Assembly (NCBI GenBank): GCA_020184695.1
Contig: JAANOX010000152.1
Location: 1-27,687 of the forward strand
DNA from: Histomonas meleagridis 2922-C6/04-290x
Lineage: Eukaryota; Protista; Parabasalia
Direction: 5' to 3'
DNA length: 27,687 nucleotides
How positions within the stretch are numbered: position 1 is the stretch's first letter; each line of letters begins with the position of its first letter. Below the pieces are notes generated by a model. It was not told the DNA's origin, did no database searches, and saw only the letters and a list, made by a program, of their open reading frames with translations. The translations under genes and the position numbers were made by a program. Below, piece after piece: positions 10,084 through 20,962 of the stretch.

Positions 10084-12889
10084 ATGATTTTCTTGTTTCC
10101 TTGTCTTTCATATGCATTGTTTGAAATCATAATAGATAAAAAAATTCACATTACAGCAGAGAGTTTGAATCAAGCATATCATGAAGCATTAAATATTGAT
10201 AATTCAACAAACTTTTCAGATGTTGAAATTTTGAGTGGTGAAGTTATTAACAATGGAACTGATTCCGATCAATGGAGAATGGTCCGCAATCTTTCTATTT
10301 CTGAAGGTGTTGGTATTATTTTTGAAGAAATTGTGTATGATTTAATACAAGTAGAAAACATTTACCTAGGTATTTCAATAGGAAGAGATATGTTTTTCAA
10401 TTTTATGGGTCACCAAACTCTGAAATATGTTTCTTTTGCAAATATTTCTAAATTTCAATTAAACATGTTTTTAAGGTGCACTAACTTGATTGCAGTTGAT
10501 GCTCCTACGTTGACTCATATTGATGAATATGCTTTTCAATTTTGTGTGAATCTTCAATCGATTTCATTTCCAAACGTTATCGAAATTTCGGATTATGCAT
10601 TTTCTTATTGCACAGCACTACATAATGTTAGTTTTCCTCAACTTAAAAATTGTGGATCTAACGCTTTTGAGTATTGTTCAATTACATCAATGAGTTTTCC
10701 ATTTCTCAATGAAATTTCTCCATATTTATTTTCTTCATGTGAAAGCATGAAAACTGCTTATTTACCAAATGTTACACCGATTGGAGCTTATGCTTTTTTT
10801 CATTGCTTCAGCTTAACCGATGTAAACATCACAAAAGTTGAATACATTTCTGAAGGCATTCAATTATTGTTACAATCTCAGGACTCTCGAATTACCTTCT
10901 ATTATAAATGCAGGCGGACCTTTTCTTGTTGAATGTTTTAGGCTGGTAAATGTTTCTATGCCTAATGCAATTCGTATTCCAGATTATATGTTTATTAATT
11001 TAACATCAGCAATATCTCTTTATATTCCACAAGTTGAATCTATTGGGAAACATTCATTTGAACGTTTTCTTATCTTAGATAACATGTTTAAACATTTTAA
11101 AATCAAAGAAATTGATGATTACGCATTTTCGAATATTATTTATTTTGGTGATGTATTAACATTTGATTATTGTGAACATGTTGGAAATTTTGCGTTTAGT
11201 AATGCATTTGTATTTAATATCTCATTACCAAATCTTAAATCATGTGGAAATTATTCATTTTATTTCTTTATTAATTGTGAAAAATTATATTTTCCCAATC
11301 TCAAAAGATGTGGTGATTATTCATTTTCAAATAATTTTAATTTAATTAATGTTACATTTCCATCATTAACTGAGATTGGAGATTCACCATTTGAAAAATG
11401 TCCAAATTTAGAAATCATAAATTTACCGAATTTAAATAAAGTAAATGATTATTTTATATCTAATGTTAATATGAATAATTTTGAATTTTTAAAATTACAA
11501 TATATTGGATCTAATGCATTTACGCAAGCATGTGATAAAGTTGAAAATATTAATTTTCCAGAAGTTATATCAATTGGTGATTATTTTTTAAAAAATTGTC
11601 AACGAATTCGAAGTATTTCATTACCAAAAGTTGAAAATATTGGCAAATATGCATTTTATAATTGTAGTAATTTAATTGAAGTTTCATTACCAAAATTAAA
11701 GTATTTTGAATCAGAATTATTTTATTATTGTAATTTAATTGAAAATATTTCATTACCAGCACTTGAAACTATTGGTAATAATTTTTTAAGTCATTGTTAT
11801 AATATTAAAATAATAAATTTACCAAAAGTTCGAAATATTATTAACACGGCATTTTATAATTGTAGTTCAATCTATGAATTAAATTTAAATAGCATTACGA
11901 ATGTAAATGAAGGACCTATTGCTAAATATTGTAAATCATTAAAAATTATTCATATGAATTCACTTGAAAGTTCGCCAAGATATTTATTTGCACATATGCA
12001 AAGTCTTGAAGAAGTTTCATTAAGGAAACTAGAAACTACGAAAAGTTATTTATTTTTTAAATGTATAAATTTACGAAATATTAATCTTCCAAATTTTAAA
12101 AATATGAATGAAACTGATTCAAGCTTTGAATTTGCATTTTGTTCATCACTTGAAACAGTTGAATTTCCATTAACAACTAATTTTTATGGTCGAAATACAT
12201 TTCAAAATTGTACATCATTAGTTGCACTTAATTTCTCGAAAGCGATAAGAATTGTAGAATATATGTTTTTAAATTGTATTCATTTGACTTATATTGAATT
12301 ACCGAAAGTTACAATGCTTTCGTCATATTGTTTTAAAGATTGCACATCATTAAAAGAAGCTGAATTTATAAGCGTTACATATTTTGAAGGCGATGGACAT
12401 TTTTCAGGATGCATTAGCTTAGAAAAAATAGTTCTTCAAGATTTGGATGAAGTATCAGAAAGTGCGACAAAAATATTTGAGAATTGTAAACGCTTAACAA
12501 TTATATATTTACCATCTTCACCACCAAAAACATTTAATGAATACATATTTTCAACTTCAACAAAAGAAAACTTAAGTATTTGTTTACCAGGTAAAGGTGC
12601 TTATGGTAATTATGGAAATGATTGTGGTGGAACAACATGTACTAAAAATTATTGGAAAGGAATAAATATTGAAGTTAATGATAATTTAATTCAGAAATGT
12701 ATCTATTTACAGAATAATGATGATGGCAAGAGTCTTAGTACTAATACACTTTTAGTGATAATAATTCCATGTTCTGTAATCGTATTTATTATTGTTTTGT
12801 TATTTTATTTATATAGAAAAAATAAAAAAGAGAAAGAATCATTAGAGAGTATGCCCCATTTAAATATTTCGATTATTGATCCTCTTTAA
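10084..12889 (+). CDS. BspA-like (TpLRR/LRR_5) type I membrane surface protein, split by one +1 frameshift at ~10855
   Basis: Many LxxIxLPxLxxIGxxAFxxC repeats across both ORFs. Hydrophobic N-terminus and C-terminal TM (LLVIIIPCSVIVFIIVLLFYLY) with a basic tail. The repeat register continues across the frame change at tct gaa g gca ttc. Either a pseudogene or an assembly error. Confidence 0.88.
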
Positions 12890-13640
12890 AGAAATTCGTT
12901 TGCCTACAAATTATATAATATCAAACGAAAAAAATGGTGGTTTTTTGAATGTTGAGCTGAAGCAAACACAAATACCTTTGTTCAAAAATAAAACATTGTT
13001 CTTTGTACTTTAATAAGTACATTATTATTATATATAAAATTAAAGCAAATTTGTGAAAATATTTAATATATCTTGAAATTAATTTGATACTCATCTTGGA
13101 AAACATCATCTACATAACTACAATGGCTAACCTAATGCCCTCACTTAGTATTGGTATAAATAAAATATAATTTATCGAAATATTTAATATCTTTGATTTT
13201 TTTTTCATTATTACATTCACTTATGAAACATGACCTAAAGCATTTCATATAGTCGTTTGATTGCTCGAAAAATTTCAAGAAATAGATCTCAAAATTATCA
13301 TATTAATCTTGGTTTTATTTTTTCAGTGTTTTAGTAATATGATTTCTTATCGAATGTAATCATAAAGGTAGATAAATATTATGTTTTAAACAAATTCTTT
13401 TTATTTTGAAGTATATACTTTCATTCAACCTTAAATTGTAATTGTCCAACATTGCACTTGATAAATAAAACAAAAAATTGCTTATCATGGGGTTAATAGA
13501 TGTAAATGTGCTTAATTAGGGACAAGTTTTTGACCCTGGTACTGAGTTCTCACGAAAAGGAAATTGTGTTGCATTTTATTCATAATCTTTAACTCCGTTT
13601 GCAACATCTGCTTGAGGCACACACAAATCAATGACCAACC

Positions 13641-14069
13641 TCAAATCTTATCGATATCTTCAGTTGTCCACACAATCATTCCATCATCATCTGCTCCTGT
13701 TGCACCACCATCATCTTCTTCATTGTTAAAATCACGGTCAGTAAATTCACCTAATTTCTTCAACTCATGTATTTCATCTGGCCTGTACTTTTGGATGATA
13801 TCAGCTTTATCGCTATCATCTTCTCTTAAGGAAATTAGCAATATGTCATGAAGAGTAATGAAAAGGCGTCCTCTAAATTTCCCCCTGATTTTACATTGTC
13901 TTTCTTTTCCGTCTTTACATATACATTGGAAACGCCTATCGCCAAGTGCTTTTATAACCATTGCATAAGTTTGCATTTCATCTTCAGCTAATATGAGTTC
14001 ATTATTCTTGAGCCTTTCATTATTCTTTTTCTTTTGAGTGACAGAAGCGTGCTTCTTTGTTTTTCCCAT
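13641..14069 (-). CDS. EIF1A: Eukaryotic translation initiation factor 1A
   Basis: Basic N-tail, OB-fold motifs (YAMVIKALGDRRF, RQCKIRGKFR, DILLISLRE..KADIIQKY..DE...LKK.GE) and an acidic C-tail. Confidence 0.95.
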   Translation of the reverse strand: MGKTKKHASVTQKKKNNERLKNNELILAEDEMQTYAMVIKALGDRRFQCICKDGKERQCKIRGKFRGRLFITLHDILLISLREDDSDKADIIQKYRPDEIHELKKLGEFTDRDFNNEEDDGGATGADDDGMIVWTTEDIDKI

Positions 14070-14071
14070 TT

Positions 14072-14093
14072 AATGACCACAGTTTAAACGGTC
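14072..14093 (-). promoter_or_regulatory. Trichomonad-type core promoter of eIF1A: M3-like GACCGTTT plus Inr TCATT
   Basis: Minus strand reads GACCGTTTAAACTGTGGTCATTAAATG. This fits the Trichomonas Inr (TCAYT/A) and nearly fits the M3 (HRCSGTTD) consensus as I recall them. Confidence 0.6.
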
Positions 14094-14347
14094 AGAGTAC
14101 AGAATGCGGTTAATTGTTTCGTCTGTCATTTTGCTTTTTAATTTAATTTTAAAAAGTTTACACAAAACAATATATTTAACGTCCACCTCTCATCAAAATT
14201 AATGCATTGAACAAATAGAAGAAATGTTCAAACATATTATTTTTAAAATGAAAGCAACTTTGAGAGAAGGCATTTGGCTTGTTTGTACATAAATTTCTAA
14301 TAAAAATGAAAAAGAATAACAAAAATATATTTCTGTAAAATTTCGAT

Positions 14348-15034
14348 TTAGTGATTGCTAACAGACGGGAGTTCATCAAGATTGACTATTGACCTTTTTA
14401 TGAGATTTTTGTTATGGAGGTTACGGTAAATGAGAACCGATAAAATTATGATGCAAACACCGAAAAATGTAATTGCACCATAAATTAAGACGTTCCTAAT
14501 GCTAACCTTTGAGCTTGAATCTTGCTTTTCTTCGATCTGTGAATTTTGTGCATTATTTAGCAAAACATTTAACTCAGGTAAAACATCAATTGGAATTTGT
14601 TGACATTCTTTTTTGTCATTGTCCCAGTGACACATTCCTTTACAGTCTTTTGAACTTGTGAAACTTGAACAAAAATTGATTTGGTTTGAAAGAATTTTGC
14701 CAAACGTATAATTTTCAGGAGTACATAGATTGTCGAGTGGTCCCTTAGATGTTCCTGGAACGCAGATTTTATTTGTATTACAAAATCCACATTGAACTCC
14801 TTTCTTTCTTGAAAAACAGATTGCATCTCCTGCATTGGTATATTTAGAGAAGCAAGGCTTTACTGAGCTATCTTGTTCATTTGAATGTTTGTAATTTGAT
14901 AAAAATAAGGTACATTTTTTGGTTTCATGGTTATAATGACATTTATTTAATGTACACAGGTATTCTTCTCCATTGAATTTTTTACAAGATTTATAATGAA
15001 TCGAATTTGATAAAAAGAAAAGAGAGAAAAACAT
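14348..15034 (-). CDS. Cys-rich single-pass membrane protein with PSI-like domain(s)
   Basis: Short hydrophobic N-terminus. CGFCNTNKICVPGTSKGP..LC resembles PSI repeats. TM segment VLIYGAITFFGVCIIILSVLIY followed by a basic residue. Stop is TAAA. Confidence 0.8.
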   Translation of the reverse strand: MFFSLFFLSNSIHYKSCKKFNGEEYLCTLNKCHYNHETKKCTLFLSNYKHSNEQDSSVKPCFSKYTNAGDAICFSRKKGVQCGFCNTNKICVPGTSKGPLDNLCTPENYTFGKILSNQINFCSSFTSSKDCKGMCHWDNDKKECQQIPIDVLPELNVLLNNAQNSQIEEKQDSSSKVSIRNVLIYGAITFFGVCIIILSVLIYRNLHNKNLIKRSIVNLDELPSVSNH

Positions 15035-15185
15035 TTTCAGGAACTGACATTACACTTTTTGAATCAATTCTGACGTCAAATTGGAAAATTGACAAGTTTA
15101 CAAAAATCAAGCATGGAGTGAAATATCGAATTTATTTTAATCCAGATGAAAGAAATCTTTCGTTCAATACAAAAAAGAATGCTTT

Positions 15186-15965
15186 TTATTCATCTTTCTT
15201 TTTGTTTTCTGTTTTTTTGAGTGAATATCTGCATGCAAGATATTGTGACATGGCTGTGATAGCTGTCTCAAGAATGGAGAAGAAGCACCAGATTGAAGCG
15301 CGTTCTCCATCGTGTACGTTGAAGAAAACAGCTATAAAAGGTCCTGTCATGAATAAAACGATTGAACCTAAGGCTTGTCCCATTAAAATAGGTGCAATGA
15401 ACATGTTAAGGAAATGGATTGAAAGAGATGGGAAAACATATGAAGGACTCAACATTTTGAATGTCCATTTCAAATGGAAAAGTCCTGTTTGTGAGCATGT
15501 GATAGGACCACAAACACCTTCAATGCTGTCATTGCATGGTATGAAAAATTGTGTTTCCTTTGGATATATTTGAGGAATAATCATTCTAAGTGACATTAAA
15601 ACACCTGAAACAAAGCAATACCAAAGAATAAATTTCCATGTTCTTTCTCTTTCGCCTTTCGTGTTCTTTGGATCTAATGCACTGAAAGCAAAGTTGGAGA
15701 ATAAAGGTTGGAAACAGATATGATACCAGCCAAGTTGAGTCCATATATTGTTGATAATGTTATCACATTTGTCAATAACAAGGTACTGAACAAATTGAAG
15801 AAATTCCATAAAGGCGAAGAAAAAGAAACAATATGAAATTCGATGAGCTCGCCACTTTGCTTCGGTATGCATTTTTTTCCATATTCCAACGCCACTGAAA
15901 ATACAAGCACCAATGACAACACTTAATATCGTGAATAATAGCGTGAATTCCTTGTTGAAACACAT
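15186..15965 (-). CDS. Multi-pass membrane protein resembling the DUF5765 family
   Basis: MCF start, MEFLQFVQY.VID.C, LGWYHICFQPLF and E.ASIWCFFS motifs with ~6 hydrophobic segments. Inr TCACT at 15981-15977, M3 AACGGTTT at 16031-16024 and a TAAA stop. Confidence 0.8.
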   Translation of the reverse strand: MCFNKEFTLLFTILSVVIGACIFSGVGIWKKMHTEAKWRAHRISYCFFFFAFMEFLQFVQYLVIDKCDNIINNIWTQLGWYHICFQPLFSNFAFSALDPKNTKGERERTWKFILWYCFVSGVLMSLRMIIPQIYPKETQFFIPCNDSIEGVCGPITCSQTGLFHLKWTFKMLSPSYVFPSLSIHFLNMFIAPILMGQALGSIVLFMTGPFIAVFFNVHDGERASIWCFFSILETAITAMSQYLACRYSLKKTENKKKDE

Positions 15966-16398
15966 TTTTTTTGAATAGTGAATTGACGGTTTAATATTGC
16001 TTCAATTCATTCAAAAAGCTTATAAACCGTTTGAGTCATTTGGCGTTTTTTGGTTCTTAACTCGGTTGACTTTTGGCACAATTTAAACGTCACTTTCTGT
16101 AAAACCCATTCAAAAAAAATTCTAAGCACCGGAAACAATTCAATTGAATATTTTCAAAAAGTTCTATCAACCTTTGACTGGAATGTGTTCCAAACAATAT
16201 TTTTTTTTGAGCGTAATCATAGTGATTTCAATTATACTAAACTTTGCTTTCATTAAACATTCAGTAATATCTTTGAATATTTTGAACTTTGAACAATAAA
16301 TTGTATTTTTAAGATTTAATTAGAATATGTTTTTATTGAATTTCGTGTTCATTGAATTGTGATATCTTCATTTTTGAAATTTTACATAACAAGAGTGT

Positions 16399-17029
16399 TT
16401 ATTGAACATGACATACTTTGTGCTTCGTGTTTATTGTGGACGTTTCGCTCACATTATCATCTCTTTTTGGTTGTATATCATTATCCACGATATATTTAAC
16501 AAGTGAGAAAATTGATTCTTCAACATTTGAACCTGTGCTGAGGTCAACTGTAAAATATCCTATGTATCCCTTTTCTTCACTATATTTGCGATATTTTTCT
16601 TCCACAGGCACCCGACTTTTGTCTACTTTTCCTTTCAAATAACCTAATAAAAGCATAGGAATTTGTTTGCCTTCTGATGTGAATACTTTTGAGCAAACAT
16701 CTTCCTTCCACGATTCAATAACATCAAGTTCATTTGGGTCATCAGCATCGAAAACAAAGATTGCGCCAGTTGCTTCTATAATATATATCAGTCAAGTTTC
16801 TATATCGTTCTTGGCCAGCAATATCCCAAAGTTCTACACTAAAAGTTTTGTCGTCTACGACACAGTCTTTGTGTACAAAGTCAACACCTATTATTGTTTT
16901 ATTAAATTCGCTGAAGAATCCTTGAGCATAGATACGTGCGATTTTAGTTTTGTACTTAGAATATTTCCCAAGAAGTAATATTTTAATACATGTTTTGATT
17001 TCGGTCGTAGTTCCTGTGATATCAACCAT
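16399..17029 (-). CDS. Divergent Rab32/38-like small GTPase, split by one +1 frameshift at ~16774
   Basis: IGVDF, LWDIAGQERY (Ala-type WDIAGQE typical of Rab32/38) and YYR. After skipping 1 nt the frame continues ATGAIFVFDA...WKEDVCSKV..GKQIPMLLLG, joining the 16399-16656 ORF. Ends in CHVQ. Confidence 0.85.
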
Positions 17030-17033
17030 GAAA

Positions 17034-17081
17034 AAAGGGGTTGGTAATAGATAAAAATGCTTTTGTCAGTGGATAACCGTT
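17034..17081 (-). promoter_or_regulatory. M3 (AACGGTTA) and M5-like (CCTTT) motifs upstream of the Rab gene
   Basis: Reverse complement of taaccgtt (17074-17081) and aaagg (17034-17038), immediately upstream of the ATG at 17029. Confidence 0.5.
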
Positions 17082-17427
17082 CGATTGATCGGCTTCGATT
17101 GAATTCGATATACGGTTTTTTTGGGTTTACCTAGTTTCCCTGTTATAACCCGAACAAACCGTTTTATAACTTTTCAGTAAACGAATGATTAATCATTAAT
17201 ATCCGTTGAATATGTCATACATGATTATTTCTGAATAAAATGTACATGATGTTGTACATGAATATATTATATAAAATAAATAAACAAAAATAAAATCACA
17301 ATGAATTACATTATTGTTTCATTATATTGACTTTTAAATTGATATTTGGTCATAACAATTTTTGGGAACAGGTTTATATATCATTCAAATGCAAATTGAA
17401 TGAAAATTATTATTGGATATTTTGTAC

Positions 17428-17452
17428 GGGAATATTCCCAGGGAAGCTTCCC
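17428..17452. repeat. Two tandem perfect 12-bp palindromes, GGGAATATTCCC-A-GGGAAGCTTCCC
   Basis: Directly visible. Confidence 0.9.
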
Positions 17453-17840
17453 CAGTCCACTTTTTGAATGTATACTTGGCTGGATGAATTTTATTTTAAC
17501 ATATAAATTTAGCATTTTTCTTCCAACGAATTCGTTAGAAATAATATAAAATTTTACATAATTCTGTAAATCATGTACAAATATATTTATGTTTTTCATA
17601 AATTGTACGATACAACTTTTTCAATGTTGTAAAAAATGATTAACTTTTTCACATGTCATAAACTTATCGTCATGAAATTATCTTTTTGAAAGTTTTCATA
17701 ATATGTTAATAAATTGCCATTATAAATGGCGCCATTACCACTTTTAGTTAAACCACAGAAATCTTTTTATGATGCAACCTGATTGAACTTTGCAGTTGTC
17801 ACTAAATTATATTATTTTAAACATTTAATCATGTTACTAT

Positions 17841-17920
17841 TATGTATAACACTATTATTAACAACATTATTATGTATAACACTATTAATAATAACACTGT
17901 TATGTATAACATTATTATTT
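17841..17920 (+). repeat. 30-bp tandem repeat x ~2.7 (tatgtataac-anchored)
   Basis: tatgtataac at 17841, 17871 and 17901, with similar intervening sequence. Confidence 0.85.
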
Positions 17921-18122
17921 TGTACAAAATAATGACATTCTTTATAATTACATTGCTATATGTAAAATTGAATTGACATTTTAATCAATTACTGAATTAC
18001 TTCTTGTGTTCAATTTATGAATAATTATTATTCAACTTATATACAAAATTCCTTAATTTCAACCGATATTAATATACATTTAACAATATTCAAACGAATA
18101 TATATTGTACATAATTTATATT

Positions 18123-18125
<3 letters not shown>

Positions 18126-18178
<53 letters not shown>
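18126..18178. repeat. (TA)n microsatellite with one G interruption
   Basis: Directly visible. Confidence 0.95.
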
Positions 18179-18468
18179 CATAATTTTTGATCGACAACAA
18201 TATATTAATGATTTTATCCTACAACATTATCGTGAAAAAAATTTTTTTTGGAAAATACGATTTTATTACATTATTGATTAATTATCCATAAAAATTATTT
18301 GAAATTATTCAATGTATTTAGATACATTTAGAAACACTATTTGAAACTTTCATATTATATAAGAATGATCAATTTGGTAAAACTTTATCAAAATTTTGAG
18401 TAAAAATTTTCCTGATTATTATATCAAAAAGCAAAAAATCTCTGAATTAATTATATAAAAATTTTTGG

Positions 18469-18566
18469 TTAATGTCATGTCAATAAAAAAATATAAATAT
18501 TTGAGAACATTAACGTCATGTCAGTAGAAAATTAAGAATATTTGAGAACATTTAACGTCATGTTCA
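18469..18566 (+). repeat. 41-bp tandem repeat x ~2.4 just upstream of the MULE ORF
   Basis: ttaa(t/c)gtcatgtca...aatatttgagaaca units at 18469 and 18510, with a partial unit at 18551. Confidence 0.85.
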
Positions 18567-18623
18567 TCAAAATTGAATCATATCCAATAATATATTTTGA
18601 AATATTCGAGATCACTTCATTTA

Positions 18624-20962
18624 ATGGAAACAAATCTATTTGATTTATCAATTGAGAAATTATATGAAATGGTACCTTCGGATCAAAAAGTACCATTTCA
18701 TTTTTTTCAAAAATTAGGAAAAGAAATTATTGTTTATGCAATTCAACAAAATTACCCAATTCCGAAATTATTTATTCAAAATGGAGATATATTATTACCA
18801 ATCAAACAATCAGGTATTAATTTTTTCAATCAAGTCGAACTTTCCAAAATTCACTCAGAAGATATGTTTGAAATCATTGAATATTTCGAAAAGATCGCAT
18901 TGGAGAATGGATTTAAATTATGCCGATGGGACGGTAAAAATGACATCAGATGCAGACTCTATTGTGAAAAAGGAGGTAGAATTCGTAATTGCAAAAAGAC
19001 TAAAAAAACAAAATGTCCATTCATCATAAAAATCACAAAAAATAGTTCGAATGAATATTATATATTTAAAAAATCTATATTATCTCATAATCACAACGAT
19101 TATGAACCCACTAGATATTTAAGCGTATTACAAGAAGGCACCAAGAATGTGATTATTAAAAGATTGGGTACAATTCTTACGCCCACACAAATACAAGATA
19201 TTATTCCAATTTTTGCACCTGAATTAAATCTTACAACATTTGATATAGCACAAATTATTCATAAAAAAAAGCTCGAAAACTATTTACCTGAAACTCTTAT
19301 GCTTCAAGATTTTGTAGAAAAAAATGGTGGGAAAGTATTCTCATTTGATATTGGATTTCCTGAAAAAGTAAGAAGAATTGCTATTTTGACAATTATGGAC
19401 TACGAATTACATAATCTTGATTGTTTATCAGACATAATCCAAATTGATGGAACTCAACTCCCAACACATCAATTGCGTTGGGAAATGACGCCAATAACAC
19501 TATTAGATAACGACTGTAGAATAAGATCTGGTGGTGTTTTATTTTCAGCCATGATGGATAAAACAATAATTAATTGGCTAATTCATAATTTATATACACT
19601 GAAAGAATTTCATTGTAAAACTATAATAACGGATGAAGACAGCGCTTATATATATGCATTTAAAGAGTTAAACGCCGAAGGAATCAATTTTAATCACCTT
19701 TTATGTGCAAAACATAAAGAAAACAATCATAACAAAAAATTAAATGAGTTCGGTTTGAGTAAAGATCAAAAAAAAACTGCATCATTAATGTTTCATTCAA
19801 TATGCTATGATAATAACCCAGAAGTAGTTGATGAATTAATCGAAAAATTACAAACAATACATCCTAAAATCGAAAAATACATGGAAGAAAATGTAATTCC
19901 TTTGAATACGAAATTTGCTAAATCAAAAATCAATGTTTTCACGAAAGGAATAAATACCACTAGTAATGCAGAATCAAGAAATAGAATGATTAAATGCAGT
20001 TAAATAAATCGACAAAAGATTTGCTTGCAATAAGACAAGCAATTAATATATGCGATATGAATGCATATCATTCCAACCGCCAAAAAGATTATAGAAGAAG
20101 AAAAATGGAATCACCATTTCAATTTGAATTATGCCCAAAAATACAAATAAAATAAATGAAAAATTTGGAGAGGGCAAAAAATTATAAAATAACTCAAATG
20201 GTGGAAAACACCTATATTTGTTGTCTTCCAGAATATGAGGAAGATTCAATAATGGTCACTTATGAAAAATGTATTTACAATGAACACATAGTTTCAGGAA
20301 TTCCATGTGTTCACTTAATTTCCTTATATATTTATTTTGATAAAATCAATGAAGTTGGTCGTTTTATAAATCCATTTGTAATTAACAAGCAAAATCACCA
20401 ATTAAATGGTGAAATAGAAGATATAATGGTAAAATTTGACGATGGTCAAAAAGAAGAATTAATATACTTTGAAGAAGAAGATAACGAAGAAGAAGATATA
20501 AGTGAATTAAACAAAGAAAATTAAAAGGCTAGATATCTTGAATTAATTCATAGAGGAAAAGAGATCGCTTCTCTTGCAAGTCGTTCGAATGATGCATATC
20601 GTGAAACATTGAAACAATTAAATTATATATATGAAAACATGCTTGGTATTCAGGGAGGAAATAAGATTGAAGATATTGATGGACTAATATTTGAAGATGC
20701 ACTTGGAATTTCAAGATGCAGAATACGAACAACGAAAATGCATCAACAAAATGTTAATCATCCAAAGATTTGTGAAATTTGTTCATTGCAACATGGAACA
20801 AAAGATTGCATTGGCTATAGTGAGTGGGTAAAATTACAACAAAAAATGAGCATGGAAGAAGGAAGGAGATGTAGTGTATGCAAAGAAATGAGTCATTATA
20901 AGAACAATTGTCCATTCAGAAATAAAATTAGAAATATATATTTTGAAAACGAAAATGCATAA
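18624..20962 (+). mobile_element. Mutator (MULE) transposase pseudogene with FAR1-like, DDE, SWIM and C-terminal zinc-knuckle regions
   Basis: RLYCEKGG..TKCPFIIK..HNH (FAR1/WRKY-GCM1). IQIDGT, IITDEDSA, HLLCAKH and TTSNAESRN (MULE core). SGIPCVH (SWIM), RYLELI..GKEIASLAS, CEICSLQH..KDC and CSVCKEMSHYKNNCP. Lesions: a 1-nt deletion at ~20001 and in-frame TAA at ~20153 and 20522. Confidence 0.9.

Noticed and set aside
10800-10930. Intron as the explanation for the BspA frameshift (likewise the Rab one)
   Set aside because: No GT...(A/T)CTAAC..AG intron signature, and protein homology is continuous across the junction.
3779-16978. Short ORF-track entries overlapping real genes (e.g. 3779-4249, 4784-5128, 5426-5752, 13564-13851, 15007-15573, 16667-16978)
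   Set aside because: Antisense or alternate-frame shadows of better supported CDSs, with no recognisable motifs.
12921-17599. Small intergenic ORFs (12921-13109, 14176-14379, 16050-16256, 17381-17599)
   Set aside because: AT-rich, F/I/Y/K-biased translations typical of non-coding DNA, mostly without an ATG start.
17841-18566. CRISPR-like array
   Set aside because: Units are directly adjacent tandem repeats without unique spacers, in a eukaryotic context.
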